Below, piece after piece: positions 27,548-36,336 of a stretch of 64,000 nt of DNA; within the stretch, counting starts at the first letter, position 1; each line of letters begins with the position of its first letter. The position numbers were made by a program, and so were the translations under genes. Below the pieces are notes generated by a model. That model ran no database searches, was not told the origin of the DNA, and saw only the letters and a list, made by a program, of their open reading frames with translations. The stretch comes from Leeuwenhoekiella sp. (lineage in GTDB: Bacteria > Bacteroidota > Bacteroidia > Flavobacteriales > Flavobacteriaceae): the NCBI GenBank assembly GCA_964219495.1, contig CAXPQP010000025.1, forward strand, positions 25,440 through 89,439. Reading direction: 5' to 3'.

Positions 27548-28750
27548 ATGAAACTAAAATTTTACGCATCGCTTTTATTATTTCTTCTAGTCTTCGTGTC
27601 GTGTACCGAAGACGGCACATTTTCAGAGACCGACACAACCGATTCACCTTCCTCCTTTGCAAGTGAATCTAGCGGAGATGTCCCTGGCGACGGTTCTGGA
27701 TCTGACGGCGGAACAGATGAACCAGACCAAAGCGGCATTGTAACTGCCGGTGAATGGAATGATCTCGACAACTGGAGCTTTTGGCAAAACTTACTCAATC
27801 AGGAAGTTGCAGATAAACTTACTGTAAATTGGAAATTTAATACTGCAAACCGCTTTTCATTTAAACTAACCAATGCCAGAAACCAACCGCTCGTAGATGC
27901 GGTAATTTCTGTTAAAGAAGGCACAAATCTTATCTGGGAAGCACGTACAGACAATCGTGGGACTGCTGAATTGTGGATTGATCTTAAGAACACAACCTAC
28001 CAAACTAAAGCTGCAGAAGATTATACTTTTTTTATAAACGACACCCCAGTCACACAGGCGATTAAACCGTATAGTCAGGGAATCAACAGCATTCAAGTTG
28101 CTACCAATACAACCTTAAGCAATCAGGTTGATCTCTCTTTTATTGTAGATGCAACCGGATCGATGGGGGACGAAATGGATTTTCTAAAAGACGATTTAAA
28201 GATGGTTATTCAGAAAGTAAGTAATGCGATACCCAATCTTGAAATTTCAACCGGAACCGTTTTTTACAGAGATGAAGGAGATGAATATGTGGTAAAAAAA
28301 TCAGATTTCACCAGCAAACTGCAGAGCACACTTTCATTCATAAATGATCAATATGCTGAAGGTGGTGGCGATTTTCCGGAAGCGGTTCACAGCGGACTAA
28401 AAACAGGGATAAACGAATTACAATGGTCTTCAAGCGCCAGAACACGTATTGCATTTCTATTACTTGATGCACCACCACACAATGATGCTCAAATTATTGA
28501 TGACATTCACAGTTCGGTTAAAAATGCTGCTAAAAAAGGAATTAAAATCATTCCTATTGTTGCCAGTGGCATCAATAAAGAAACAGAGTTTTTGATGCGG
28601 AATTTAAGCATCAGTACCAATGGGACTTATGTTTTTATAACTAATGACAGTGGCGTGGGTAACGATCACCTGGAACCAACTGTTGGGGAATATGAGGTAG
28701 AATTGCTTCAGGATCTACTTATTAGACTTATCAAAAAATACAGCTTATAA
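27548..28750 (+). CDS. vWA-domain lipoprotein
   Basis: Lipobox FVSC + acidic linker; MIDAS-like DLSFIVDATGSMGDE; GGGDFPEA; LLDAPPH. Confidence 0.8.
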   Translation: MKLKFYASLLLFLLVFVSCTEDGTFSETDTTDSPSSFASESSGDVPGDGSGSDGGTDEPDQSGIVTAGEWNDLDNWSFWQNLLNQEVADKLTVNWKFNTANRFSFKLTNARNQPLVDAVISVKEGTNLIWEARTDNRGTAELWIDLKNTTYQTKAAEDYTFFINDTPVTQAIKPYSQGINSIQVATNTTLSNQVDLSFIVDATGSMGDEMDFLKDDLKMVIQKVSNAIPNLEISTGTVFYRDEGDEYVVKKSDFTSKLQSTLSFINDQYAEGGGDFPEAVHSGLKTGINELQWSSSARTRIAFLLLDAPPHNDAQIIDDIHSSVKNAAKKGIKIIPIVASGINKETEFLMRNLSISTNGTYVFITNDSGVGNDHLEPTVGEYEVELLQDLLIRLIKKYSL

Positions 28751-28772
28751 TCGCTTTTCTAGTGCAGATGCT

Positions 28773-28808
28773 AAGCGCAACTCGTGTTACAACGGGTTGC
28801 GCTTTTTT
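28773..28808 (+). terminator. Intrinsic terminator after the vWA gene
   Basis: AAGCGCAACTCG.../CGGGTTGCGCTT then T-run. Confidence 0.8.
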
Positions 28809-28888
28809 AGTTTTTAACCCTACAAATTATAGGCTAGCAGCCTCGGCTTTACTAAGATTTCTCTACCTTTAGTCTTTATTGATACCCT

Positions 28889-29434
28889 ATGAGAAAATCT
28901 GCATTCCTTTTATTTTTAGTATTGACTTTCGCTTTCGCGAAAAATACACAGGCTCAAGAGTTGATTGCCGGTCCCTTAATTAAGGATTATGGTGCGACCT
29001 ACACCATTCCAGATCCTGACATCGCTGCAGATCCTGATAAAATCTACAAAATTGTATTTGATGTGTCCAAAGGGTCTGAAAATCCGGAAGAAACTAATTT
29101 TTATTTTGACACCGTCGCACGTTTTTTAAATATGCACGCTGCGGCTGGCGTTCCACCCGAAAATTTAAAGCCTGTTCTTATTGTTCATGGCAGCGCAATT
29201 TTCGACCTGCTTACTGATGAATATTATCAGGAGAAATTCAGTACAAACAATCCCAATCTACCCTTGCTAGATCAACTTCACAAGTTGGGAGTGCCTGTTA
29301 TCTTATGTGGGCAAACTACTGGCAAGCGCCATGTAACTAAAGATATGCGTTGGGAGCATACCAAAATTGCCTTGTCTGCAATGACTGCCCGTTTACATTA
29401 TACCGAATTAGGCTATACCGTTATTGCATTTTAA
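28889..29434 (+). CDS. Exported DsrE-family protein
   Basis: Signal peptide, KIVFDV, ARFLNMH, IVHGSA, single Cys in ILCGQT. Confidence 0.75.
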   Translation: MRKSAFLLFLVLTFAFAKNTQAQELIAGPLIKDYGATYTIPDPDIAADPDKIYKIVFDVSKGSENPEETNFYFDTVARFLNMHAAAGVPPENLKPVLIVHGSAIFDLLTDEYYQEKFSTNNPNLPLLDQLHKLGVPVILCGQTTGKRHVTKDMRWEHTKIALSAMTARLHYTELGYTVIAF

Positions 29435-29468
29435 AAGAATTGAAATTTGATCACCTAAATATCAAAGT

Positions 29469-30752
29469 ATGAAAAAACGATACCTCCTGGCATTTTTGGG
29501 CACAAGCCTAACCGCCTTTGCTCAAAGTCCAGATCCGCAAATTATGAAAGCGGCAGAGTCTATTGAAGACGAAGTTATACAATGGCGACACGAGATTCAT
29601 CAAAACCCTGAACTCAGCAACCGGGAGTTTGAGACCGCTGCTAAAATCGCCGAACATCTAAAGTCTCTTGGTATCGAAGTAGAAACCGAAGTTGCAAAAA
29701 CTGGTGTGGTTGGGATTCTTAAAGGTGATCACCCAGGAAAAGTCGTTGCCTTGCGGGCAGATATCGATGCGCTACCTGTAACTGAACGCAATGATCTACC
29801 TTTCAAAAGTGAAAACACAGCTACTTTTCTGGGAACTGAGACTGGCGTTATGCACGCTTGCGGGCACGATACACACGTGGCAATCCTTATGGGAACTGCC
29901 GAAATTCTTGCAAAGCATAAAGACAAAATACACGGTACGGTAAAATTTGTATTTCAACCAGCTGAAGAAGGTCCGCCTCCGGGAGAAGAAGGTGGTGCTG
30001 CCCTTATGATCAAAGAAGGTGTACTTAAAAACCCCGATGTTGATGCCATTTTTGGTCTGCATATTAATAGTGCTACGCCGGTAGGACAAATCAATTACAA
30101 GCCGGGTGGTACCATGGCAGCTGTAGAACGTTTTGTGGTAAAAGTAAAAGGAAAACAAACCCACGGTTCACAACCCTGGGGAGGCGTAGATCCTATTTAT
30201 ATTTCAGCAAAGATTATTGACGGCTTCCAATCGATTATCAGTAGAGAATCTAACCTGCTCGTAGAACCTGCTGTAATTACCGTTGGAAAAATCACTTCAG
30301 GAGTGCGCTTTAATATCATCCCTGAAGAAGCAGAACTTATAGGAACGGTACGTACACTAGATCCTGAAATGAAACAACTCATCGTTCGTCGTATGACCGA
30401 GATGACCGAAGGATTGGCAAAAGCTTATGGCGGAAGCGCAACTATCGAGTTTCAGAATAATACTGCTATCACTTACAATGATCACGAGTTAACAGCTCAA
30501 ATGCTACCAACACTTCAAAATGTAGCAGGTACAGACAACGTAAAGCTGGTAAAAGCAACGACTGGTGGAGAAGATTTTAGCTTCTTTCAGGAAAAAGTAC
30601 CTGGATTTTATTTCTTTTTAGGCGGAATGACACCCGGAAATACCACTCCTTATCCACACCATACGCCTGATTTTATGATAGATGATGCTGGCTTATTGTT
30701 AGGCGTAAAAACTATGAGTCAACTAACTCTTGATTACCTAAATGCGCAGTAA
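29469..30752 (+). CDS. Exported M20D amidohydrolase
   Basis: LRADIDALP, MHACGHDTH, FQPAEEG, GGEDF, HHTPDF; signal peptide. Confidence 0.92.
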   Translation: MKKRYLLAFLGTSLTAFAQSPDPQIMKAAESIEDEVIQWRHEIHQNPELSNREFETAAKIAEHLKSLGIEVETEVAKTGVVGILKGDHPGKVVALRADIDALPVTERNDLPFKSENTATFLGTETGVMHACGHDTHVAILMGTAEILAKHKDKIHGTVKFVFQPAEEGPPPGEEGGAALMIKEGVLKNPDVDAIFGLHINSATPVGQINYKPGGTMAAVERFVVKVKGKQTHGSQPWGGVDPIYISAKIIDGFQSIISRESNLLVEPAVITVGKITSGVRFNIIPEEAELIGTVRTLDPEMKQLIVRRMTEMTEGLAKAYGGSATIEFQNNTAITYNDHELTAQMLPTLQNVAGTDNVKLVKATTGGEDFSFFQEKVPGFYFFLGGMTPGNTTPYPHHTPDFMIDDAGLLLGVKTMSQLTLDYLNAQ

Positions 30753-30764
30753 CTTTGAAGGTCT

Positions 30765-32381
30765 ATGACTGAATTTTTTGACATTTTAAAATCGATCCCG
30801 TGGTGGGGTTGGGTTCTCATCACTCTGGCGGCAATTGCCATACGAGATGTGTTCTTCAATAAAAAACACATCATTACACATAACTTCCCCATTGTAGGGC
30901 ATATACGCTATATGCTCGAAAGTATTGGGCCTGAATTACGCCAGTATATTGTTGCCAATAACCGGGAAGAGCTTCCGTTTAACCGAATAGAACGAGGATG
31001 GATTTATGCTTCAGCAAAAAACCAGAATAACTACGAGGGTTTTGGTACCGACCAAAACATCTATGAGGCCAACTACATTTTTATAAATAATGCGATGATG
31101 GGCTTTCGGGTTCCCCCGGAGCATCCCAATGCTAAAAACCCCTATTTTCTGCCTTCGGCTAAAGTAATGGGGTTGTACAACAAGCGTCGCAGACCCTACA
31201 GACCAGCATCGGTAATCAACGTATCGGCAATGAGTTTCGGTTCGCTGTCTGCACGTGCAATCGAATCGCTTAACAAAGGCTGTAAATTATCTCACGCTTA
31301 TCACAACAGTGGTGAGGGTGGAATCTCTCCTTATCATAAAAAAGGAGCAGATATCATTTTTCAAATCGGTACCGGATATTTTGGTGTTCGTGATGATGAT
31401 GGCAACTTCTCAATGGAGAAATTGATTCAGCTAGTTGAAGAGAATCCGCAGGTTAAAGCTATTGAAGTAAAGCTTTCGCAGGGAGCAAAACCCGGTAAGG
31501 GAGGTGTATTACCAGCTTCAAAAATCACCAAAGAAATATCAGAGATACGTCACGTGCCAATGGGTAAAGACGTTCTGTCGCCAGCTACACACACAGCTTT
31601 TAAAGATGTTGAAGGTTTACTCGAATTTGTTGAGGCTATCGCCGAAGCTACCGGATTACCTGTGGGCATCAAAGCTGCGATAGGAAAATTACACGACTGG
31701 GAAAAGCTTGCCCAGCTTATGGTTAAAACCAACAAAGGACCCGATTTTATTCAGGTTGACGGTGGTGAAGGTGGTACTGGTGCTGCCCCTCCTAGTTTTG
31801 CCGATCACGTATCATTACCGTGGGTTTATGCATTCAGCGATTTGTACAAGATTTTCAAAAAACACAATCTTACCGATCGTATCGTTTTCATCGGTAGTGG
31901 TAAACTGGGCCTTCCGGCAAAAGGCGCTATGGCATTTGCTATGGGAGCAGATATCATTAATGTTGCTCGCGAAGCGATGCTTTCTATAGGCTGTATTCAG
32001 GCCAAAGCTTGCCACAACAATACATGCCCAAGTGGTGTGGCCACGCAAAACAAATGGCTGCAGGCTGGTATTGATGTGGAAGATAAAGCCGTGCGGACCA
32101 ATTTCTATTTTAAAAATTTTAGAAAAGAACTTTTAGAAATTACACACGCCTGTGGTTATGAGCATCCGTGTCAATTAACGACCGAAGATGTCGATTTAAG
32201 TTTGGGAGATAAAAACCTGACTCAAACTTTGGCAGCTTGTTTTACCTACCACAAAGTGGAAGTACCCTTTAATTCTATGCAGGATCTCATTGACTGCCAG
32301 TATCTGGGCGGAAATTATGATCCAAAAACCGCAAAAGCGACTAAAGAAACTCAACAAAAACCCGAAAAAGTACGTTACTAG
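30765..32381 (+). CDS. Stand-alone FMN-binding glutamate synthase-family protein with N-terminal TM helix
   Basis: SAMSFGSLS, NSGEGG, KLSQGAKPGKGG, VDGGEGGTGAAP, CIQAKACHNNTCP (3Fe-4S). Confidence 0.88.
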   Translation: MTEFFDILKSIPWWGWVLITLAAIAIRDVFFNKKHIITHNFPIVGHIRYMLESIGPELRQYIVANNREELPFNRIERGWIYASAKNQNNYEGFGTDQNIYEANYIFINNAMMGFRVPPEHPNAKNPYFLPSAKVMGLYNKRRRPYRPASVINVSAMSFGSLSARAIESLNKGCKLSHAYHNSGEGGISPYHKKGADIIFQIGTGYFGVRDDDGNFSMEKLIQLVEENPQVKAIEVKLSQGAKPGKGGVLPASKITKEISEIRHVPMGKDVLSPATHTAFKDVEGLLEFVEAIAEATGLPVGIKAAIGKLHDWEKLAQLMVKTNKGPDFIQVDGGEGGTGAAPPSFADHVSLPWVYAFSDLYKIFKKHNLTDRIVFIGSGKLGLPAKGAMAFAMGADIINVAREAMLSIGCIQAKACHNNTCPSGVATQNKWLQAGIDVEDKAVRTNFYFKNFRKELLEITHACGYEHPCQLTTEDVDLSLGDKNLTQTLAACFTYHKVEVPFNSMQDLIDCQYLGGNYDPKTAKATKETQQKPEKVRY

Positions 32382-32384
32382 TTT

Positions 32385-32903
32385 ATGGACCAAATCATAG
32401 AAATTGCGATAGCCGTAGGACCTGCGATCATTGTAGCAATCATTGCCTATTATTTTTTTGATTCCTTTTTAAAAAACGAGGAAGGCCGAAGACGTTTTCT
32501 GCTACATAAAGAAAGTCAGAAAGATATTCTACCTACGCGTTTACAAGCTTATGAGCGATTAACCTTGTTCTTAGAGCGTGTAAATCCTGCCCAACTTTTA
32601 ATCCGGGTTAAACCAGTAACCGATGACAAAAAAGCTTACGCAGACCTGCTTATTGCTACAATAGAACAGGAATTTGAGCACAATCTAACACAGCAAATCT
32701 ATATGACTTCAGAATGTTGGGCAGCTATCAAATCGGCTAAAAATTCGCTGATACAGCAAATGCTTAAAGCAGCAGGGAAAAGTGATATAGGTACTGCGCA
32801 GCAACTACGGGAGTATATATTGCAAAATCCAGACGGGCAGGAAAGTCCTACTCGTGTAGCTCTTGAATATCTAAAAACAGAAGTTCAGGAACTGTTCAAT
32901 TAA
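32385..32903 (+). CDS. Hypothetical protein with N-terminal TM helix
   Basis: RLQAYERLTLFLER, EFEHNLTQQIY; operonic spacing. Confidence 0.6.
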   Translation: MDQIIEIAIAVGPAIIVAIIAYYFFDSFLKNEEGRRRFLLHKESQKDILPTRLQAYERLTLFLERVNPAQLLIRVKPVTDDKKAYADLLIATIEQEFEHNLTQQIYMTSECWAAIKSAKNSLIQQMLKAAGKSDIGTAQQLREYILQNPDGQESPTRVALEYLKTEVQELFN

Positions 32904-32917
32904 AAAAACCGAAATCC

Positions 32918-33430
32918 ATGCGAATCTTAGCTTTCTTCATACCGGTTTTATTGCTATTTACAGCTTGTGATAATACCAAGCCAACTGCCAAATCTCTGGA
33001 TCCAATCAATTGGGAAAAAAGACGCACCGAAATACCGGCTAAAGATTCGTTGATTGCCGCAAAAACCTATTTGGGCATTTATTCTCAGATTTACAGTACC
33101 TCAGAGCATAACACGCACGACCTAACTGTAACGGCGAGCTTGCGCAACACAAGCGAAACCCAATCTGTAATTTTGACTAAAGGCGTTTATTACGATACCG
33201 CCGGGAATCCCATACGTACCTATTTTGATTTCCCCATAAAACTGAATCCTTTGGAAACGGTTGAAATTATCGTGGAAGAAGGCGACAAATCGGGAGGAAC
33301 CGGAGGAAATTTTATTTTCGACTGGCTGGATGATCCAGAGGTTACAGACCCGCTTTTTGAGGGCATAATGATTTCAACCCGAGGTACTCAAGGCCTTTCC
33401 TTTACCGTTCAGGGAAAACGCATTTTATAA
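32918..33430 (+). CDS. DUF3124 lipoprotein
   Basis: Lipobox FTAC; YSQIY, LRNTS, YYDTAG, GGTGGNFIFDW, QGLSF. Confidence 0.8.
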   Translation: MRILAFFIPVLLLFTACDNTKPTAKSLDPINWEKRRTEIPAKDSLIAAKTYLGIYSQIYSTSEHNTHDLTVTASLRNTSETQSVILTKGVYYDTAGNPIRTYFDFPIKLNPLETVEIIVEEGDKSGGTGGNFIFDWLDDPEVTDPLFEGIMISTRGTQGLSFTVQGKRIL

Positions 33431-33451
33431 CTTTAGCTCGACCAAACTCAA

Positions 33452-34912
33452 ATGATTTTAACTACTGAAAACATTGTCCTTATTGGATCAATTCTGCTAT
33501 TGATAAGTATTTTGGTAGGTAAAACTTCCTATAAATTTGGTGTCCCAACGCTACTGCTCTTTCTCGCCATTGGGATGCTTGCAGGATCAGATGGTTTAGG
33601 CGGAATACATTTTGACGACCCTCAGATTGCACAATTTGTGGGGATTGTTTCTCTTAATTTCATCCTGTTTTCGGGTGGTCTCGATACCAATTGGAGTTCG
33701 GTAAAACCTATACTTAGGGAAGGGTTGGCACTATCAACACTAGGCGTTTTACTTACCGCGGTGACTCTGGGATTGTTTGTATTTTATTGTACTGATTTTA
33801 CAATCTACGAAAGTTTATTATTAGGATCTATCGTTTCATCTACCGATGCAGCAGCGGTTTTTTCCATTTTAAGGTCGAAAAGTCTGGCATTAAAAACCAA
33901 TCTACGCCCTACACTAGAGCTTGAAAGCGGAAGTAACGACCCTATGGCTTATGTGCTTACCATAGCATTTTTAACCCTGGTAATCAATCAGGATCAAAGT
34001 CCGCTTTCTATTATTCCCATTCTGCTTCAGCAAATGATTGTAGGTGGTATTTCCGGTTTTATTTTCGGAAAACTCAGCAAATTCATTATTAATAAAATTG
34101 AACTGAGTTTTGAAGGGCTTTACCCTGTTCTCGTTATTGCTCTGATGTTTATTACCTTCTCAGGTACCGAATTTCTAGGCGGAAACGGTTTTCTTGCAAT
34201 TTACATCTGCGCCGTTTATTTGGGTAATCAAAATCTGATTCACAAGCAGACCATTATGCGAATGTTTGATGGGCTTGCCTGGCTTATGCAGATTGTATTG
34301 TTCCTCACATTAGGGCTACTGGTTTTCCCTTCTCAAATGATTCCCTACATTGGTATCGGGTTGCTCATCTCCCTGTTTCTAATATTTGTTGCCAGACCGT
34401 TAGGCGTATTCATCAGTCTTATGTTTTTTAAAATGAAGCTGAAAAGACGATTCTATATTTCGTGGGTGGGATTACGCGGTGCGGTGCCTATTGTATTTGC
34501 AACCTATCCCCTCCTCGCCGGGATTGACAAGGCAAATATCATTTTCAATATTGTTTTCTTTATCTCCATCACTTCAGTAATTATACAGGGAACAACCTTA
34601 TCACTGGTAGCCAAATGGCTAAAAGTTGGACTACCAGAAGATTCACAGCCTCAAAAAAATATGGCAGGGATGATTTCTGAAATTCCTAAAACAGCCTTAA
34701 AGGAAATTATAGTCACGCCTCATTGCAATGCGGTTGATAAAAAAATTGTGGAGCTCGATTTCCCGGAAAATGCGATAATCGCAATGATTAAACGCAATGA
34801 TAAGTTTCTTACGCCAAAAGGTGCAACCGTAATTAATAAGGGTGATACTCTTGTCGTACTCTCAGAGGATGAAGAAGGTTTGGATGATGTTGTAAAATGC
34901 CTAAATAATTAA
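33452..34912 (+). CDS. K+/H+ antiporter (CPA1, CvrA/NhaP2-like) with C-terminal TrkA-C domain
   Basis: SSTDAAAVFS, ELESGSNDP, WVGLRGAVPI, PKGATVINKGD. Confidence 0.92.
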   Translation: MILTTENIVLIGSILLLISILVGKTSYKFGVPTLLLFLAIGMLAGSDGLGGIHFDDPQIAQFVGIVSLNFILFSGGLDTNWSSVKPILREGLALSTLGVLLTAVTLGLFVFYCTDFTIYESLLLGSIVSSTDAAAVFSILRSKSLALKTNLRPTLELESGSNDPMAYVLTIAFLTLVINQDQSPLSIIPILLQQMIVGGISGFIFGKLSKFIINKIELSFEGLYPVLVIALMFITFSGTEFLGGNGFLAIYICAVYLGNQNLIHKQTIMRMFDGLAWLMQIVLFLTLGLLVFPSQMIPYIGIGLLISLFLIFVARPLGVFISLMFFKMKLKRRFYISWVGLRGAVPIVFATYPLLAGIDKANIIFNIVFFISITSVIIQGTTLSLVAKWLKVGLPEDSQPQKNMAGMISEIPKTALKEIIVTPHCNAVDKKIVELDFPENAIIAMIKRNDKFLTPKGATVINKGDTLVVLSEDEEGLDDVVKCLNN

Positions 34913-34928
34913 AATATAAGGTAGCTTT

Positions 34929-34957
34929 AACGCAACCATTTAAGAAATTAAGCATCT
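34929..34957 (+). promoter_or_regulatory. Candidate ECF-sigma promoter of the 35022 lipoprotein
   Basis: GCAACC-N14-GCATCT; same 15-mer as at 27492. Confidence 0.5.
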
Positions 34958-35021
34958 ATTCTACAAGAATTTATATAGTACTCTTTTCCTTTTCTAAAAC
35001 AAGATAGCCAAACCACTCATT

Positions 35022-35408
35022 ATGAAAAATTACAATCTCCTCATCTTAACCATGCTAGTAATTTTGAGCTCCTGCTCTGATGATTCTAGTCCTACTGAGT
35101 TATCTCTAAACAACACTTGGAAATTAAATAAAGTTGAATGCTTTTGCGGATTTTCAGACGATTATGACTTTGCCAAAACTCAATTAGATTTTGATGAAAA
35201 TAGCAATAAAGTAACGGTAATTGAAAACGGAAGCTATAACTTTTTCGGGGAATCAGAAACCCATACTTACAGTTTGATTGACCAGGATTCTATAACTTTT
35301 AACGGAAGAACCTATAACTATTATTTCGAAGATAATAATCTGAAGATTTATAGCGATCCATATCCTGAGACTATTGACGACGAAGCACTATATATTTTTA
35401 AACGCTAA
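35022..35408 (+). CDS. Small lipocalin-like lipoprotein
   Basis: Lipobox LSSC-SDD, LNNTWKL, CFCG motif. Confidence 0.55.
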   Translation: MKNYNLLILTMLVILSSCSDDSSPTELSLNNTWKLNKVECFCGFSDDYDFAKTQLDFDENSNKVTVIENGSYNFFGESETHTYSLIDQDSITFNGRTYNYYFEDNNLKIYSDPYPETIDDEALYIFKR

Positions 35409-35412
35409 TCCA

Positions 35413-36336
35413 TTACTCAGATTCTGAGATTTCCCGCAGCTTATTTTCTTTGGCGTGTAAAGCTTTCGCAGCTGCGTAATCCCAGCCCTGTTGCCACCAA
35501 CTACTCATCAGTTTCTTGTTGAAAATAAGACTGTTTTCAGTGAGTTTTGAAGGGGTGTAATACAAATTAAGTGGCACATCTCTATTGATCGCAGCCAGTT
35601 TACCCACGATCACATCGTGATATTCTACCTGATCCATCAAAAAGCCAAAGAGATTTACCATCAGCGAAAACGGATTCTTGCCCAGCACTTTGTTATACTC
35701 CATATTCTCTGACTCCAGAATAATAGCATCTACTTCCGTGGCACCACGACGTATGGCTTCCCGAATAGGAACAATACAACCAAAGCCGCCATCGGCATAT
35801 TCAAACCCATTCTTATTAACCAGACTCATAAAGGGCACGTAGTTACAACTGATCCAGATCCATTCGCAAAAATCTTCGTACTCCCAGTTTTTAATAGACT
35901 TGTATTCGACAGTATTTTTGGTAAGGTTAGAAACCGTGACCACCACATCTGCAGTTTGATGCTTGATCTCTTCAAATTCTGCTTTTGAAAGATTCTTTTT
36001 AATGTTTTTAAGCAGGTTCTTGCTTTCACCAAAGGTTCGCTTGCGGTTGATAAATTGCCAAACCGTATTCCAATAATTGATCGATACGTATTCGCGATTC
36101 CCTTTTTTCTTGATATTAAAAGGATTCACGTTAAATATCGTATTCTGATTTACCTGAGTGTACACTTCGTACGCACGTTTGATGTTGTTATTTGCAAGCT
36201 GAGAAATGAGCAAACTCCCTGTAGAAGTACCCAGAAACAGGTCGTATTTGTGCCCCTGCTCTTCAATAAGATGCTGGGCCACACCACCAGCGTAGGCTCC
36301 TTTGCTTCCTCCTCCTGAAATAACCAATGCGCGCAT
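35413..36336 (-). CDS. Patatin-like phospholipase
   Basis: GGGSKG, GTSTG, DGG motifs intact. Confidence 0.92.
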   Translation of the reverse strand: MRALVISGGGSKGAYAGGVAQHLIEEQGHKYDLFLGTSTGSLLISQLANNNIKRAYEVYTQVNQNTIFNVNPFNIKKKGNREYVSINYWNTVWQFINRKRTFGESKNLLKNIKKNLSKAEFEEIKHQTADVVVTVSNLTKNTVEYKSIKNWEYEDFCEWIWISCNYVPFMSLVNKNGFEYADGGFGCIVPIREAIRRGATEVDAIILESENMEYNKVLGKNPFSLMVNLFGFLMDQVEYHDVIVGKLAAINRDVPLNLYYTPSKLTENSLIFNKKLMSSWWQQGWDYAAAKALHAKENKLREISESE

